This document shows positions 27,948-38,380 of a stretch of DNA of 47,910 bases, piece by piece. The first letter of the stretch is position 1; each line of letters begins with the position of its first letter. The translations under genes and the position numbers were made by a program. This stretch comes from Thainema sp. (GTDB lineage: Bacteria > Cyanobacteriota > Cyanobacteriia > Phormidesmidales > Phormidesmidaceae): contig JBQLZK010000060.1 of NCBI GenBank assembly GCA_052168235.1, forward strand, positions 1-47,910, written 5' to 3'. The notes under the pieces were generated by a model. It did no database searches. It was not told the origin of the DNA and saw only the letters and a list, made by a program, of their open reading frames with translations.

Positions 27948-28363
27948 AGTAGCCCCTCCAACTGACGTCGAATCCGGTCGAGTTCTGATTCGGGCATAGT
28001 CTCAGCGCTGTCTGCTGCGTCCGCCGCTTCGACGGGCCGACCAGATTCAGAGGTCGCTGACCGCTGATCGGGATTCCAGTCCGTTTGCTCGACATTCTCC
28101 TCTGGCGGCACGGCCAGCATCCCTTCAGGAATGAGCTTGGCCTCATAGCCCGCTCCCTGGCAAAACTCTTCAATCTCTTCTGTAAAGAAGGCTTCAACTG
28201 AGCAGGACGGAAAATCCTGTGCTTCCAGCATGAGGCCAAAGCGGGTGGCATCATCCTCGCTCTCAAACATCAGAATGGTGTTGCGACCGTTGACCTGGAG
28301 GCTGTGAATGCCCTCATTTTCTGTACGGGCGTTAAATAAAATGACAAAAACCTGCTGCTGCAT
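27944..28363 (-). CDS. DUF3110-family protein
   Basis: VFVILFNARTENEGIHSL, LMFESEDDATRF and ELDRIRRQLEGLL motifs. It overlaps the murQ start. Confidence 0.85.
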   Translation of the reverse strand: MQQQVFVILFNARTENEGIHSLQVNGRNTILMFESEDDATRFGLMLEAQDFPSCSVEAFFTEEIEEFCQGAGYEAKLIPEGMLAVPPEENVEQTDWNPDQRSATSESGRPVEAADAADSAETMPESELDRIRRQLEGLL

Positions 28364-28398
28364 CGGATGTCACAAGACGACTTCACGTTTTCTTCATC

Positions 28399-28703
28399 CT
28401 ACCTGTTCACGCTGTGAAATTGGTCAGGACAACTGGGATGAGTAGGAGCGCAGAAATTGACGATGGTGCGGTTAACTTCCTCTGGGCAGTCGGAACTCGT
28501 GTCATGACCGCAATGTGCGATCGCATGAAACTGGGAATTGGGTAACTGCTCGGCTAACCGTTTCCCCTTTTCAATGGAAAACCACTGATCCTGTTCTCCC
28601 CACATGACCAACGTTGGACAGGTAATTTGGGGCAATCTCTGCTCAAGCCGATAGAGCGGCCCGGTCTGGCGATGACGAGCCCGGATTTCTGCATGGGAAT
28701 ACC
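28399..28703 (-). pseudogene. C-terminal fragment of an alpha/beta hydrolase
   Basis: LPQITCPTLVMWGEQDQW...HCGH...PEEVN. The frame is open upstream only to an in-frame TAA near 28704, and the nucleophile-elbow half is absent. Confidence 0.75.
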
Positions 28704-29065
28704 ATTACTCTACTGCTGAGAAAGGTGAGTGACATCCGCTGGGGGAGGAGCATCTACTGTTATAAAACTTACGTATGAAAGAGATAGAGAATGAGGTGCT
28801 AGCCTAATCAGAGATCAATTTCTGCCAGCCCTGTCCAAGTGAAATTGGTGTTGTATGGATGAGTTCTAAATGTGGCACATTTGGCCCCTGATCTGCGTCC
28901 TAAATGTGCGTCCTGTGCCTCTGAATGCGTTCCTGCCTGTGATCCCTGAGTTTTCGTCAGTCTAAATGCTGGTCTCACCGCGCTTGCCTAATTGCGTCAC
29001 ACAATACTGGCTTATTTGCGATCGCGCCATCGGTCATCTTCTCGCTACGGCTGTAACGACTCTTA

Positions 29066-32000
29066 ATGTCTCATTCTGCTAATTCCGAAAATTCTGAACT
29101 CAGACCACAGCCACCGAGAACGCCTCGTTCTCGGTGGCTCATCAAAGTATTCTTAGGTACCAGTGCGATCGCGGGTTTGGGGGCACTGGCTGGCGGTTGG
29201 TGGGTTTCCAACTATGTCAACGAACGCCTCACGCCCCAGGTTGAGCAATCCCTCGAACGGTTGATTAACCGTGAGGTCGAAATTGGCGACGTTCAGTCTT
29301 GGTCGTTCAGCCACATTACCTTTGGCGAATCCACTCTACCCGCCACGACGACCGATCCAGATACGCTGACGATTGAATCGCTGCGCGTTCGGTTTAATTT
29401 GCTACAAGTTGTGTTCGAGCGCAAGCTGTCGATGAACCTGCATTTGCAGGGAGCACAGGGCTATTTTGAGCAGAATGCGGATTTAGACTGGCTTGATCTG
29501 GAACTGACGCCGCAACCAGCGGGAACGATCGAGTTTGAAGTGGCTGCGGTTACTGTTCAAGATAGTGCGCTGACGCTAGAACCGTTTACGCCGCCGGAGG
29601 CCAATCCTTACGAAGCGATTCAACTGACGGACATTGTCGGACGGGTGCGGCTACGGGATACCAGCGAACAGATTACCTTCAGCTTGGCCGGACAGGTGCG
29701 GGAAGAAGGCGACCTCAAGATTCTCGGTTCCTTTCGTCGCGAACCGCAGGTGCTACGTGTATCCATTCAAGCCAATGATTTACGCACGAAAGATATCAGC
29801 CATTTAGCCCAACTACCGCCCACGCTGGATTTTCAAAGCGGCCAAATTGGTGGCAACGTGATCATTTTGAACCGCGAGGCTCACCCGCTGTTGCTACAGG
29901 GGGTGGCGCGGATTGAGGATGCTGACTTTGCCATTCAAAATGTGCCCCAGTCCTTCAGCGATGCGACGGGGCTGATGCGGTTTCAGGGACAAGAAATCCA
30001 GTTCGACCAGGTGGCGCTGACCTATGGTGAGCTGCCGGGCATTGTGAATGGTGCCATTCATCTGAAAAATGGCTACGACCTGCAGGCGAGGCTGGAGGAT
30101 GTGCCCATTGCGTTGCTGTGGGATACCTTTGGCTTTGAACCGCCCGTTGCGACCGAAGGAAATCTGCAGGCCGACTTGAGCTTAGAAGGCGCATTAAATC
30201 GTCCGCTTCTTTCCGGTGCCGTTCGCAGTCAGGGAATTGCTCAGGTTGATCGCGTTCTCTTTCAGCAAGTCGCAACCGAATTTGCCCTGCGCGGGCCAGA
30301 GCTGACGTTTACCAATATTCAAGCCCGTCCCCAAGCAGGTGGACTGATTACGGGCGATGGCCAGATTCTGCTGGGTGAATCTAGGGGATTGGTCTTTGAC
30401 TTAGCCGGACAGGATTTACCCGGTGATCCTCTAGCCCGTACCTATGGATTTAACAGTTCTGCGATCGCACTTGGCGCAGTTGACGCAGATGTTCAAGTTT
30501 TCGGCCCATTAGGCAATCTGGAAACCATAATCGACTGGCAGGCTCATACTGCCACCTATCCGGGCCAGGGTGAAATTGCGATCGCAAACGGCGTTGTGCA
30601 GCTGCGGAATACGGTGCTGCAAGTTGCAGACGGGACTATCCGAGGTAGAGGACGATTAGCTGAGGGACTGTGGGAAGCGGATGTGCAGGCGGAAGGGGTG
30701 CAGCTGCGCCGCTTTTCACCGATGCTACAGGGCAGCTTGGGCGGCGATTTGCGGCTGACGGGTTCGCTAGATCAGGCAAGTGTCGCCAACACGCGAGCCG
30801 AGGGCACGGTGAACTTTTCCGATGGCCTGCTCAGCTTTTCAGAACTGCTGGCCGATTTCAACCAGCCGCTGACGGCAGAGGTGGTCTGGGATGGCGAAAA
30901 GATTCAGGTTCTGGAAGCCAATGCCGATCGCGTCACGGCAGATGGGGCGGTCTACGTGCAGCTTCAGGGTGAGGGTGCGCCAGCGATTGAGCGCTTGGCT
31001 CTTAATGTCGATGCTCAGGGCTATGCGCTGACATCGCTACCCGTGTCGCTGCCCTACGCCAATCTGACGGGTACGGCAGACTTCGAGGGACAGGTGACTG
31101 GGCCGCTGTCTGCCATCAATTTGGTCGGTGATGTGCAGCTCAATCAGGCCCAGGTCAATAATCTAGCCTTTGATCCGACCTTGGTGGGCACGATTCGCTT
31201 TGGCCTAGGTAGCGGTCTGGATCTGGATCTGCAAGGGCCAGCCGATAGCGTTCTGCTCCGGTTAGCCGCCGATAATCGACCCCAGGAGCTTCGGGTGGTG
31301 CTAGATGATGCGATCTCAACAGGCCGATCCAGTGGCGACGATTTGATGATTGGGCTTGAGAATCTGCGCTTGGATCAGCTGGCGCTGCCTCCGGCTGGTT
31401 ACTTGGGCAGTTTGGGCGGAGAGGTCGATGCACAACTAACCTTCAACTGGCTGGATCGAAGCCTAGCTGGTTCGTATCAAGTTGCCGCTCCCCGCATTGG
31501 CTACATCGAACTTGATGACTTGCAGGGCAATTTTCGCTACGCCGATGGCTCGCTGTTTATTCCCACGACCACTCTGAGCCAGGGTGAAAGCGTCTACCAG
31601 CTCCAGGGCCGAGTCACTCCCGGTGCGGAACCGCTGGTGCAGGGCAGTATCCAAATCGAGGAAGGCCGCTTACAAGATGTCCTCGCGGCGCTGAGAATCT
31701 TTGAGCTAGAAGATCTCCAGCGGGGGCTGCGTCCTCCTATTTATGACGGTGCAGCCAGTTTGGATTTAATTGGCGTTGGCTTCCCTGGCGACGTGCCCAT
31801 CTTGCGCCAGTTGCGCCGACTGGCGGAAATTGATGCGCTCCTGGCGCAGCAGCGTCTAGAAGAGGCTAATGCCTCTCGCTTGCCGCCCCTGTCGGAACTG
31901 ACTGGCGAATTCTCTGGCACGATTGAAAATATTGCCTGGTCGCCGCGTCAGGGCTTACAGATGGAGTTTGACCTTGATGGCGAGAACTGGGTTTGGGATC

Positions 32001-33940
32001 GCTATCAGATTAATGATGTGGTGGCGCAGGGCAATCTGGAGCAAGACGTGTTGACTCTGCAACCGCTGCGGCTTGTCGGTGAAGATGACTTGCTGCTGTC
32101 GTTCCGGGGACGCATTGGTGGGGAGGATCAGACGGGGCAGCTAGAGGCGCAAAACCTGCCCGTTGCCTTGGTGCGAGATTTTGTCGATCTGCCCGTTGAT
32201 TTAGAAGGCGATTTTGGCGTTCTGGCCAACTTGAGCGGCAGCTTTGACAATCCCAACGTGGTTGGCAGTGCCAACCTGAGCGATGCCTCGATCAACGACA
32301 CTGAGATTCGTATGGGAGAGGTGTCCTTCCGCTACGCCGATGCGGTGATTGGAGCCAACGGCAACGTCGTGGTCGGCAAGTCTAAGGAACCCTTGACCCT
32401 GCAAGCTCGCATTCCCTATCAGTTTCCCTTTGTCAGCGTTGCACCCGCTACCGATGAGGTGTTTGTCCAGGTTGACGTGCGTAACGAAGGCTTGGCCTTC
32501 CTGAATGCCTTTACCGATCAGGTGGAGTGGATTGAGGGACAAGGGCTGGCCCAGTTGCAGATTACGGGTGCGCCAACCGATCTCTCGGTTCTGGGCGATA
32601 TTCAGGTGCAAGATGCGGTGTTGGCCTCGCAAACTTTTCCTACGGAACCGTTTACCAATGTCGATGGTCAAATTCAGTTCAGCCGCGATCGCATTATGGT
32701 CGAACAGCTGCGGGGCGACTTCAGCCAGGGCGAAATTTACGCGGCTGGTGTGATCCCGCTTTTCAGATCTCTACCCGAAGGCGATCCGGATCTGGCCGAT
32801 CCGCTCACCATTGCCATGCGGGACATCGATATCAACTTTAAGGGACTCTATAACGGTGGCGTAGGTGGTCAGGTCTTTCTGCTAGGAACCGCGCTGGCTC
32901 CCCAACTGCAAGGGGACGTGATCTTGTCGAATGGTCAATTTTTCTTACCCGATCAGGCGGCAAATGGGGCTGCGACTGAAACGGCTGCCAATGGCTCAAC
33001 GCCGGACGGTACAGATGCCAATGCCAATGCTGCCGATGCTGGATTGACCGATCCAAATGCGACTGCGTCGCTGCGGTTCCGCGATCTCAACCTGCAGCTT
33101 GGCGACAATGTGGAAATTCGCAAAGAGCCAATTCTGGCGTTTATCGCCACTGGCAATATTCTGCTCAATGGCAGTCTGAATAATCTGCAAAGCCTCCGCC
33201 CAGAAGGCACGATTGAGCTGCAGCGGGGGCAGGTTAATCTGTTTACCAGCCGTTTTCGCCTGACTAACGACTATCCTCAAACGGCCACGTTTCGACCGAA
33301 CTTGGGTCTTAATCCCCTGCTAGACATTCAGTTGATTACCTCAGCTACAGAGGTGACTCGCGCACCGATTCAAGACACCACCTCACCAACCTGGCAGGGC
33401 GCAATTCCCTTTGCCTCAACCGAAGTGCAGGATGTTTCCCGCAATAACGTGGGTGAACTGCAAACGGTGCGGATTTACGCCACGGTGACGGGGTTGGCCA
33501 GTGAACTGTTTGAAAATATTGAACTCACCAGCAGTCCCTCTCGTAGCGAGGCTGAAATTGTCTCACTAATCGGCGGTGGCTTTGTCGATACCCTGGGCCG
33601 CAGCGACAGTACACTTGCGATCGCCAATCTAGCGGGTTCGACTCTGTTCGGCGGCATTCAAGATGCGATTGGTACAGCCATTGGCCTCAGCGAATTTCGC
33701 CTATTCCCCACCTACGTCACGTCAGATGACTCACAGACTTCGGCGCTAGCGCTGGGGGCTGAACTCGGTATCGACATTACCGATGATTTATCCGCGTCCG
33801 TAGTGCAAATTCTTACGGGCAGCGAAGACGCCACTCGCTTTGGCCTGCGCTACCGGATCAACGACGAGTTTCTCCTGCGCGGCTCAACCAACCTGGACAA
33901 CGACAGCCGCCTCATCCTGGAATACGAAACTCGCTTTTAG
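29066..33940 (+). CDS. tamB: TamB/AsmA-like translocation and assembly module protein (DUF490 C-terminus)
   Basis: 1624 aa with an N-terminal TM anchor, beta-taco-like repeats and C-terminal LTSSPSRSEAEIVSLIGG...EYETRF. Confidence 0.88.
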   Translation: MSHSANSENSELRPQPPRTPRSRWLIKVFLGTSAIAGLGALAGGWWVSNYVNERLTPQVEQSLERLINREVEIGDVQSWSFSHITFGESTLPATTTDPDTLTIESLRVRFNLLQVVFERKLSMNLHLQGAQGYFEQNADLDWLDLELTPQPAGTIEFEVAAVTVQDSALTLEPFTPPEANPYEAIQLTDIVGRVRLRDTSEQITFSLAGQVREEGDLKILGSFRREPQVLRVSIQANDLRTKDISHLAQLPPTLDFQSGQIGGNVIILNREAHPLLLQGVARIEDADFAIQNVPQSFSDATGLMRFQGQEIQFDQVALTYGELPGIVNGAIHLKNGYDLQARLEDVPIALLWDTFGFEPPVATEGNLQADLSLEGALNRPLLSGAVRSQGIAQVDRVLFQQVATEFALRGPELTFTNIQARPQAGGLITGDGQILLGESRGLVFDLAGQDLPGDPLARTYGFNSSAIALGAVDADVQVFGPLGNLETIIDWQAHTATYPGQGEIAIANGVVQLRNTVLQVADGTIRGRGRLAEGLWEADVQAEGVQLRRFSPMLQGSLGGDLRLTGSLDQASVANTRAEGTVNFSDGLLSFSELLADFNQPLTAEVVWDGEKIQVLEANADRVTADGAVYVQLQGEGAPAIERLALNVDAQGYALTSLPVSLPYANLTGTADFEGQVTGPLSAINLVGDVQLNQAQVNNLAFDPTLVGTIRFGLGSGLDLDLQGPADSVLLRLAADNRPQELRVVLDDAISTGRSSGDDLMIGLENLRLDQLALPPAGYLGSLGGEVDAQLTFNWLDRSLAGSYQVAAPRIGYIELDDLQGNFRYADGSLFIPTTTLSQGESVYQLQGRVTPGAEPLVQGSIQIEEGRLQDVLAALRIFELEDLQRGLRPPIYDGAASLDLIGVGFPGDVPILRQLRRLAEIDALLAQQRLEEANASRLPPLSELTGEFSGTIENIAWSPRQGLQMEFDLDGENWVWDRYQINDVVAQGNLEQDVLTLQPLRLVGEDDLLLSFRGRIGGEDQTGQLEAQNLPVALVRDFVDLPVDLEGDFGVLANLSGSFDNPNVVGSANLSDASINDTEIRMGEVSFRYADAVIGANGNVVVGKSKEPLTLQARIPYQFPFVSVAPATDEVFVQVDVRNEGLAFLNAFTDQVEWIEGQGLAQLQITGAPTDLSVLGDIQVQDAVLASQTFPTEPFTNVDGQIQFSRDRIMVEQLRGDFSQGEIYAAGVIPLFRSLPEGDPDLADPLTIAMRDIDINFKGLYNGGVGGQVFLLGTALAPQLQGDVILSNGQFFLPDQAANGAATETAANGSTPDGTDANANAADAGLTDPNATASLRFRDLNLQLGDNVEIRKEPILAFIATGNILLNGSLNNLQSLRPEGTIELQRGQVNLFTSRFRLTNDYPQTATFRPNLGLNPLLDIQLITSATEVTRAPIQDTTSPTWQGAIPFASTEVQDVSRNNVGELQTVRIYATVTGLASELFENIELTSSPSRSEAEIVSLIGGGFVDTLGRSDSTLAIANLAGSTLFGGIQDAIGTAIGLSEFRLFPTYVTSDDSQTSALALGAELGIDITDDLSASVVQILTGSEDATRFGLRYRINDEFLLRGSTNLDNDSRLILEYETRF

Positions 33941-34025
33941 AGAATTCGTCATTCCCGGACACATGCGCTACACTGAGTTGCTAGGCACCACGTTGAGCAA
34001 GCTGACTCAGCATTAGGTCGCCAGA

Positions 34026-34052
34026 GGAAGTGGGGATTCGCCCACTTTTTTT
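34026..34052 (+). promoter_or_regulatory. rimP-leader-type attenuator hairpin
   Basis: AAGTGGG-GATTCG-CCCACTT followed by a T-run, about 55 nt upstream of the rimP ATG. Confidence 0.7.
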
Positions 34053-34105
34053 GTTGTTTAGGGATGTTTAGTCCCAGCGCACCTGCAAATAGTGCATATA
34101 GTCGT

Positions 34106-34561
34106 ATGGTTCATCCACTCGTTCCCAAAGTCATCGATATTGCTGACCCCATCGCCCAAGAGTTGGGCTTAGAGGTGGTTGGTGCCACGTTCTACACCAA
34201 CCAAAAGCCACCCGTATTGCGGATTGACGTTCGCAACCAGGCCCAGGATACGGGGTTGGATGACTGTGAGCGCATGAGCCGTGCCTTAGAAGCCACCCTG
34301 GACGAGGCTGATATCATTCCGGGTGCCTACGTACTGGAGGTTTCCAGTCCAGGCACGACTCGCACCTTAGAGAGCGATCGCGAATTTGTCGCCTTTCGCG
34401 GCTTCCCGGTTGTGCTAATGCTGAGTGAACCCCACGACGGCCAGGATCAATGGACAGGCCAACTGGTCAAGCGAGACGAGGATGCCATTCATCTATCGCT
34501 CAAAGGGCGAACCATCGCCATTCCGCGTCAGCTCGTTTACCGAGTTCAGCTTGAGGACTAG
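34106..34561 (+). CDS. rimP: Ribosome maturation factor RimP
   Basis: LDDCERMSR and YVLEVSSPG motifs, upstream of nusA. Likely ATG at 34106. Confidence 0.95.
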   Translation: MVHPLVPKVIDIADPIAQELGLEVVGATFYTNQKPPVLRIDVRNQAQDTGLDDCERMSRALEATLDEADIIPGAYVLEVSSPGTTRTLESDREFVAFRGFPVVLMLSEPHDGQDQWTGQLVKRDEDAIHLSLKGRTIAIPRQLVYRVQLED

Positions 34562-34701
34562 CCACCAGAGTATGGATGCTATTTAATTCTCGTTCCTAAA
34601 AATTAATCGTTAAGTCTAGGTCGTTTAGGGCTGATTGCCCGCCATACCGTTACAAGTAAACGAATTCACGCTCGCAACTCACACCTAACTGGAGGTTTTC
34701 T

Positions 34702-36219
34702 ATGTCAATGGTTCCGCTGCCGGGATTACAAGACATGATCGACAACATTAGTCGAGAACGCACGTTGCCCAAACATGCCGTGCAGGCGGCCCTACGTGAG
34801 GCGCTGATGAAAGGCTATGAACGCTACCGTCGCGCTCAGCACCTCGACAGTTTTGAAGAAGAGTATTTCGAGAATTTTGAAGTTGAGCTAGATGCAGAGG
34901 AAGAAGGGTTTCGCATCCTAGCTAATAAAACCATTGTGGAATCCGTCTCTGATCATGACCATCAAATTGCCCTAACGGACGTGCAGGAAGTGGCACCCGA
35001 AGCGCAGCTTGGCGATACGGTGGTGTTAGATGTGACGCCGGATCGGGGCGAATTTGGCCGGATGGCTGCGATTCAAACCAAGCAGGTTCTGGCCCAGAAG
35101 CTGCGCGATCAGCAGCGCAAACTGATTCAAGAAGAATTTAAAGACCTAGAAGGTGAAATCCTCCAGGCCACCGTGCGTCGCTTTGAGCGGCAGTCGGTGA
35201 TTATGACCGTCACCAGCGGCTACAACCAACCGGAACAGGAAGCGGAACTGCTCAAGCGTGACCAGTTACCCAACGACAACTACCGCGCCAACGCTACGTT
35301 TAAGGTCGTTCTGAAGAAGGTTTCAGAAGGTTCCCATCGCGGCCCACAGCTGCTGGTTTCCCGCACGGATGCCGCCCTCGTGGTTGATCTGTTTGCTACA
35401 GAAGTACCTGAGATTGAAGATGAAGTGGTGCGGATTGTCGCTGTGGCGCGGGAAGCAAACCCGCCGTCGCGCTCTGTTGGCCCCCGCACCAAAATTGCCG
35501 TAGACACAGCAGAGCGGGATGTTGATCCAGTCGGTGCCTGTATTGGCGCACGCGGATCGCGGATTCAAGCCGTTGTGAATGAACTGCGGGGCGAAAAGAT
35601 TGACGTAATTCGCTGGTCGCCCGACCCCTCCACGTATATCGCCAATGCTCTAAGTCCGGCACGGGTGACAGAGGTGCGGCTGATGAATCCCGAAGAGCGA
35701 CAGGCCCACGTCTTGGTACCAGAGGATCAGCTCAGTTTAGCGATTGGTAAAGAAGGCCAGAATGTGCGCCTAGCGGCTCGGCTGACGGGCTGGAAAATTG
35801 ATATTAAAGATGCCGCCAAATACGATTATGCTGCCGAAGATCAAAAAGTGGCTGAGCTGCAGGAAGCTCGTCGCCAAGCTGAACTAGCTGAGGCAGAAGC
35901 AGCGGCGGCCCTAGAAGCAGAAGAGGCGGCAGCAGCAGCCTTAGAAGCGGAGGAAGCCGAGGCAGCGGCTTTAGCGGAAGCCGAGGCTGAGGCAGAAGCG
36001 GCTGTAGCAACTGAAACGGCGGATGAGATTGATGAGACGGATGAGATGGATGAGGTAGATGAGGTGGAAGAAATGGATGAAGAAGATGCGATCGCATCTA
36101 CTTCTGACAGCACCGAAGCCGATGCAGCCGAAGATGAAGCAGATTTAGAAGTAGAAGCGGAAGACGATACCGACTACGAAACAGATGACGAGACTGATCT
36201 AAGCGAAGAAGAAGAATAG
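34702..36219 (+). CDS. nusA: Transcription termination/antitermination factor NusA with long Ala/Glu/Asp tail
   Basis: FGRMAAIQTKQV, DPVGACIGARGSRI and LSLAIGKEGQNVRLAARLTGWKIDI motifs. Confidence 0.97.
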   Translation: MSMVPLPGLQDMIDNISRERTLPKHAVQAALREALMKGYERYRRAQHLDSFEEEYFENFEVELDAEEEGFRILANKTIVESVSDHDHQIALTDVQEVAPEAQLGDTVVLDVTPDRGEFGRMAAIQTKQVLAQKLRDQQRKLIQEEFKDLEGEILQATVRRFERQSVIMTVTSGYNQPEQEAELLKRDQLPNDNYRANATFKVVLKKVSEGSHRGPQLLVSRTDAALVVDLFATEVPEIEDEVVRIVAVAREANPPSRSVGPRTKIAVDTAERDVDPVGACIGARGSRIQAVVNELRGEKIDVIRWSPDPSTYIANALSPARVTEVRLMNPEERQAHVLVPEDQLSLAIGKEGQNVRLAARLTGWKIDIKDAAKYDYAAEDQKVAELQEARRQAELAEAEAAAALEAEEAAAAALEAEEAEAAALAEAEAEAEAAVATETADEIDETDEMDEVDEVEEMDEEDAIASTSDSTEADAAEDEADLEVEAEDDTDYETDDETDLSEEEE

Positions 36220-36232
36220 TCATTTTGAACTT

Positions 36233-36279
36233 AAAGCGGCAAGAGGTTGGCACATTGTGCCAACCTCTTGCCGCTTTTT
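36233..36279. terminator. Perfect 22-bp-arm hairpin, bidirectional terminator between nusA and the TPR gene
   Basis: AAAGCGGCAAGAGGTTGGCACA-T-TGTGCCAACCTCTTGCCGCTTT followed by TT. Confidence 0.85.
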
Positions 36280-36301
36280 CGTTAGATTGAACAGAATTCT
36301 C

Positions 36302-37411
36302 TTAATCAATCAGATCAAGGATGGCTTCTGTTCGTTCAATTCCAGCTTCGTTATTGGTGGCCTCATAGAGCGATAAAGCGGTTTCAAACTCTTCGATCGC
36401 TTCTGCGGTGCGGCCATGACCCCGTAGCGCCAACCCATAATTATAGTGCGCTCCTGGATCATTAGGTAGCATTGCAATGAGCCGCTCATAGACGATGACA
36501 GCCCGGAGAAACTCCTCATTTTGCAACAGTAAACTACCGTAAGCGGCCTGCGCTTCGGGTAATTCGGGAGAAAACCGGGTGGCCTGGCGGTAGTGTTCGA
36601 GCGCTTTCTCCAAATCGCCCTGGGCTTGATAGATCTGGCCAACGCTGAGGTGAACCGCTCCATCCCAAGGTTCTAGCTCAATGGCTTTTTCCACCAGCGG
36701 CCAGCCCTGATCGGGCCGATCGAGATTAATCAGGGCAATTCCTAGATTGAGGTTAATACTGCCGTTATAGGAGGCTAGGCTCTGGGCCTGCTGCAGAAAC
36801 TGCAATGCACTAGCGTAGTCGCCCTGCTGCATGTAAACCGTGCCGATGGCCTCTTGAATTTGGGCGTTGTTGGGCTGTTGACGAGCGACAGCTTGATAAG
36901 CCTGAACGGCTTCATCATATCGGCCCAAACGTGCTAGGACGATACCGAGTCCCAACTGCGTTTCGACATCAGCGGGATCGAGATTGGCCGCTTGCCGATA
37001 GGCATCCGCTGCCGCTTCATAAGCTTGTGTATTCGCGAGACTATAGCCCAAGGCGTAGTAAAAGGCAGCATTGTCATTGTCAAGTTGAATAGCCGTTTCG
37101 TAGGCATCAACGGCTGCGGCATAGTTGCCCTGCTTCGTTTGCAAATAGCCAATGCCAGAGTAAATACGGGCATTTTCGTTATCCAACTGGGCCGCTCGTT
37201 CATAGACCGTCAGCGCTTCGCCATAGTTGCCTTCAATGACGAGTTCCTGCCCACGAGCCAGCAAATCCTCTAGTTCTTCTTCACTAGCAGTGGGGTTAGA
37301 TTGGCTTACCGTTTGTGCGATCGCAGATGGAGCGATGACGGTGGACACGATGCCACCTGTTAAACCACCTAGGAGCGCCATTACCAGCAAAGTTTGCTTA
37401 TACACGACCAA
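36302..37411 (-). CDS. Exported tetratricopeptide-repeat protein
   Basis: Signal peptide (PSAIAQ) followed by about nine consecutive 34-aa TPR units. Confidence 0.9.
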   Translation of the reverse strand: MVVYKQTLLVMALLGGLTGGIVSTVIAPSAIAQTVSQSNPTASEEELEDLLARGQELVIEGNYGEALTVYERAAQLDNENARIYSGIGYLQTKQGNYAAAVDAYETAIQLDNDNAAFYYALGYSLANTQAYEAAADAYRQAANLDPADVETQLGLGIVLARLGRYDEAVQAYQAVARQQPNNAQIQEAIGTVYMQQGDYASALQFLQQAQSLASYNGSINLNLGIALINLDRPDQGWPLVEKAIELEPWDGAVHLSVGQIYQAQGDLEKALEHYRQATRFSPELPEAQAAYGSLLLQNEEFLRAVIVYERLIAMLPNDPGAHYNYGLALRGHGRTAEAIEEFETALSLYEATNNEAGIERTEAILDLID

Positions 37412-37491
37412 ATTGTCCTACCTGCGTTAACGTCAACAGAAAAATCACAGTAAAGTTGGAGTGTGTGAACATTTATTGAGTGGAACAATCC

Positions 37492-37818
37492 ATGATTGTA
37501 TCAACAACTGATGTGCTTCAGGGAGTCACCATCGATCGATACCTGGGTGTGGTGACCGCTGAAGTGGTTTACGGTAGTAATGCTTTACGGGATTGGTTTG
37601 CCGGAATCCGGGATATTATCGGCGGTCGGACGGGCAGCTATGAGCGGGTTTTTCAGCAGGGACAGCAGGCCGCGATTGATGAGCTGAAGGAACGGGCAGC
37701 GCAAATGGGCGCAGATGGTGTAATCGGCATTTCGGTTGACACGGGCACGATTAATATTGACCAGAAAGGCGCTCTACTACTGATTACGGCAACGGGTACA
37801 GCGGTGAAAATTGCCTAA
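37492..37818 (+). CDS. YbjQ/UPF0145 family protein
   Basis: MIVSTTD, RDIIGGRTGSYE, MGADGVIG and ATGTAV motifs. Confidence 0.9.
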   Translation: MIVSTTDVLQGVTIDRYLGVVTAEVVYGSNALRDWFAGIRDIIGGRTGSYERVFQQGQQAAIDELKERAAQMGADGVIGISVDTGTINIDQKGALLLITATGTAVKIA

Positions 37819-37839
37819 ACATGAGCTACCGTAGAACCG

Positions 37840-37907
37840 GTAGGGGCGAGTTTTGGTGTTAGGAAATCGGTTGAAGCCGACAACGTATCGGCTAAATCTG
37901 CCCCTAC
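37840..37907. repeat. GTAG-family REP element between convergent genes
   Basis: GTAGGGGCG ... TGCCCCTAC termini with an internal AGCCGA/TCGGCT hairpin. Confidence 0.7.
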
Positions 37908-37914
37908 ACAGCGT

Positions 37915-38307
37915 TTAGACCAGTTCGGGAAGTTTGAGCCAGTGATGTAGATGCTGTTTGACCTGCTGGGTAAAGTGCGATCGCAACTCATATTTATCCG
38001 TTCGCATAGGTTTGCGCTCCTCGTTTAACACCCAGCCGTAGTCGCTGCTGAGGCGCAACTGATCTTGCCAATCGGCAATCGACAGAATGAGCTGCGGAGA
38101 CGGTGAATTATCGTAATCTTTGACGCGAAAGACATAGTTGAAGGTATTCTGGCTGGCGGCGGCCACGGTGGACGATTGACCAAACTCCTCAGCTAGCTGC
38201 GCCTGCACCCGGCGCGTCAACTCCGGCTGATGGATATCTTCCAGTTTTCGCACCGATAGCGTAATCGCGAAGTAAAACTCTTCAACTGGAATAAACTCAA
38301 GCTGCAT
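37915..38307 (-). CDS. Conserved hypothetical protein
   Basis: Coherent ORF MQLEFIPVEEFYFAITL... in tandem with the glycosyltransferase. Likely ATG at 38307. Confidence 0.7.
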   Translation of the reverse strand: MQLEFIPVEEFYFAITLSVRKLEDIHQPELTRRVQAQLAEEFGQSSTVAAASQNTFNYVFRVKDYDNSPSPQLILSIADWQDQLRLSSDYGWVLNEERKPMRTDKYELRSHFTQQVKQHLHHWLKLPELV

Positions 38308-38380
38308 TGCGTTCCGTTCACCCACTCGACATCGCTTAATTTGGTTATCATGCCACGTCAATGCACTTGTAGCTAGAGCG

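Noticed and set aside
35804..36113. Pro/Leu-rich and Ser/Ala-rich antisense ORFs
   Set aside because: They are shadows of the low-complexity nusA tail.
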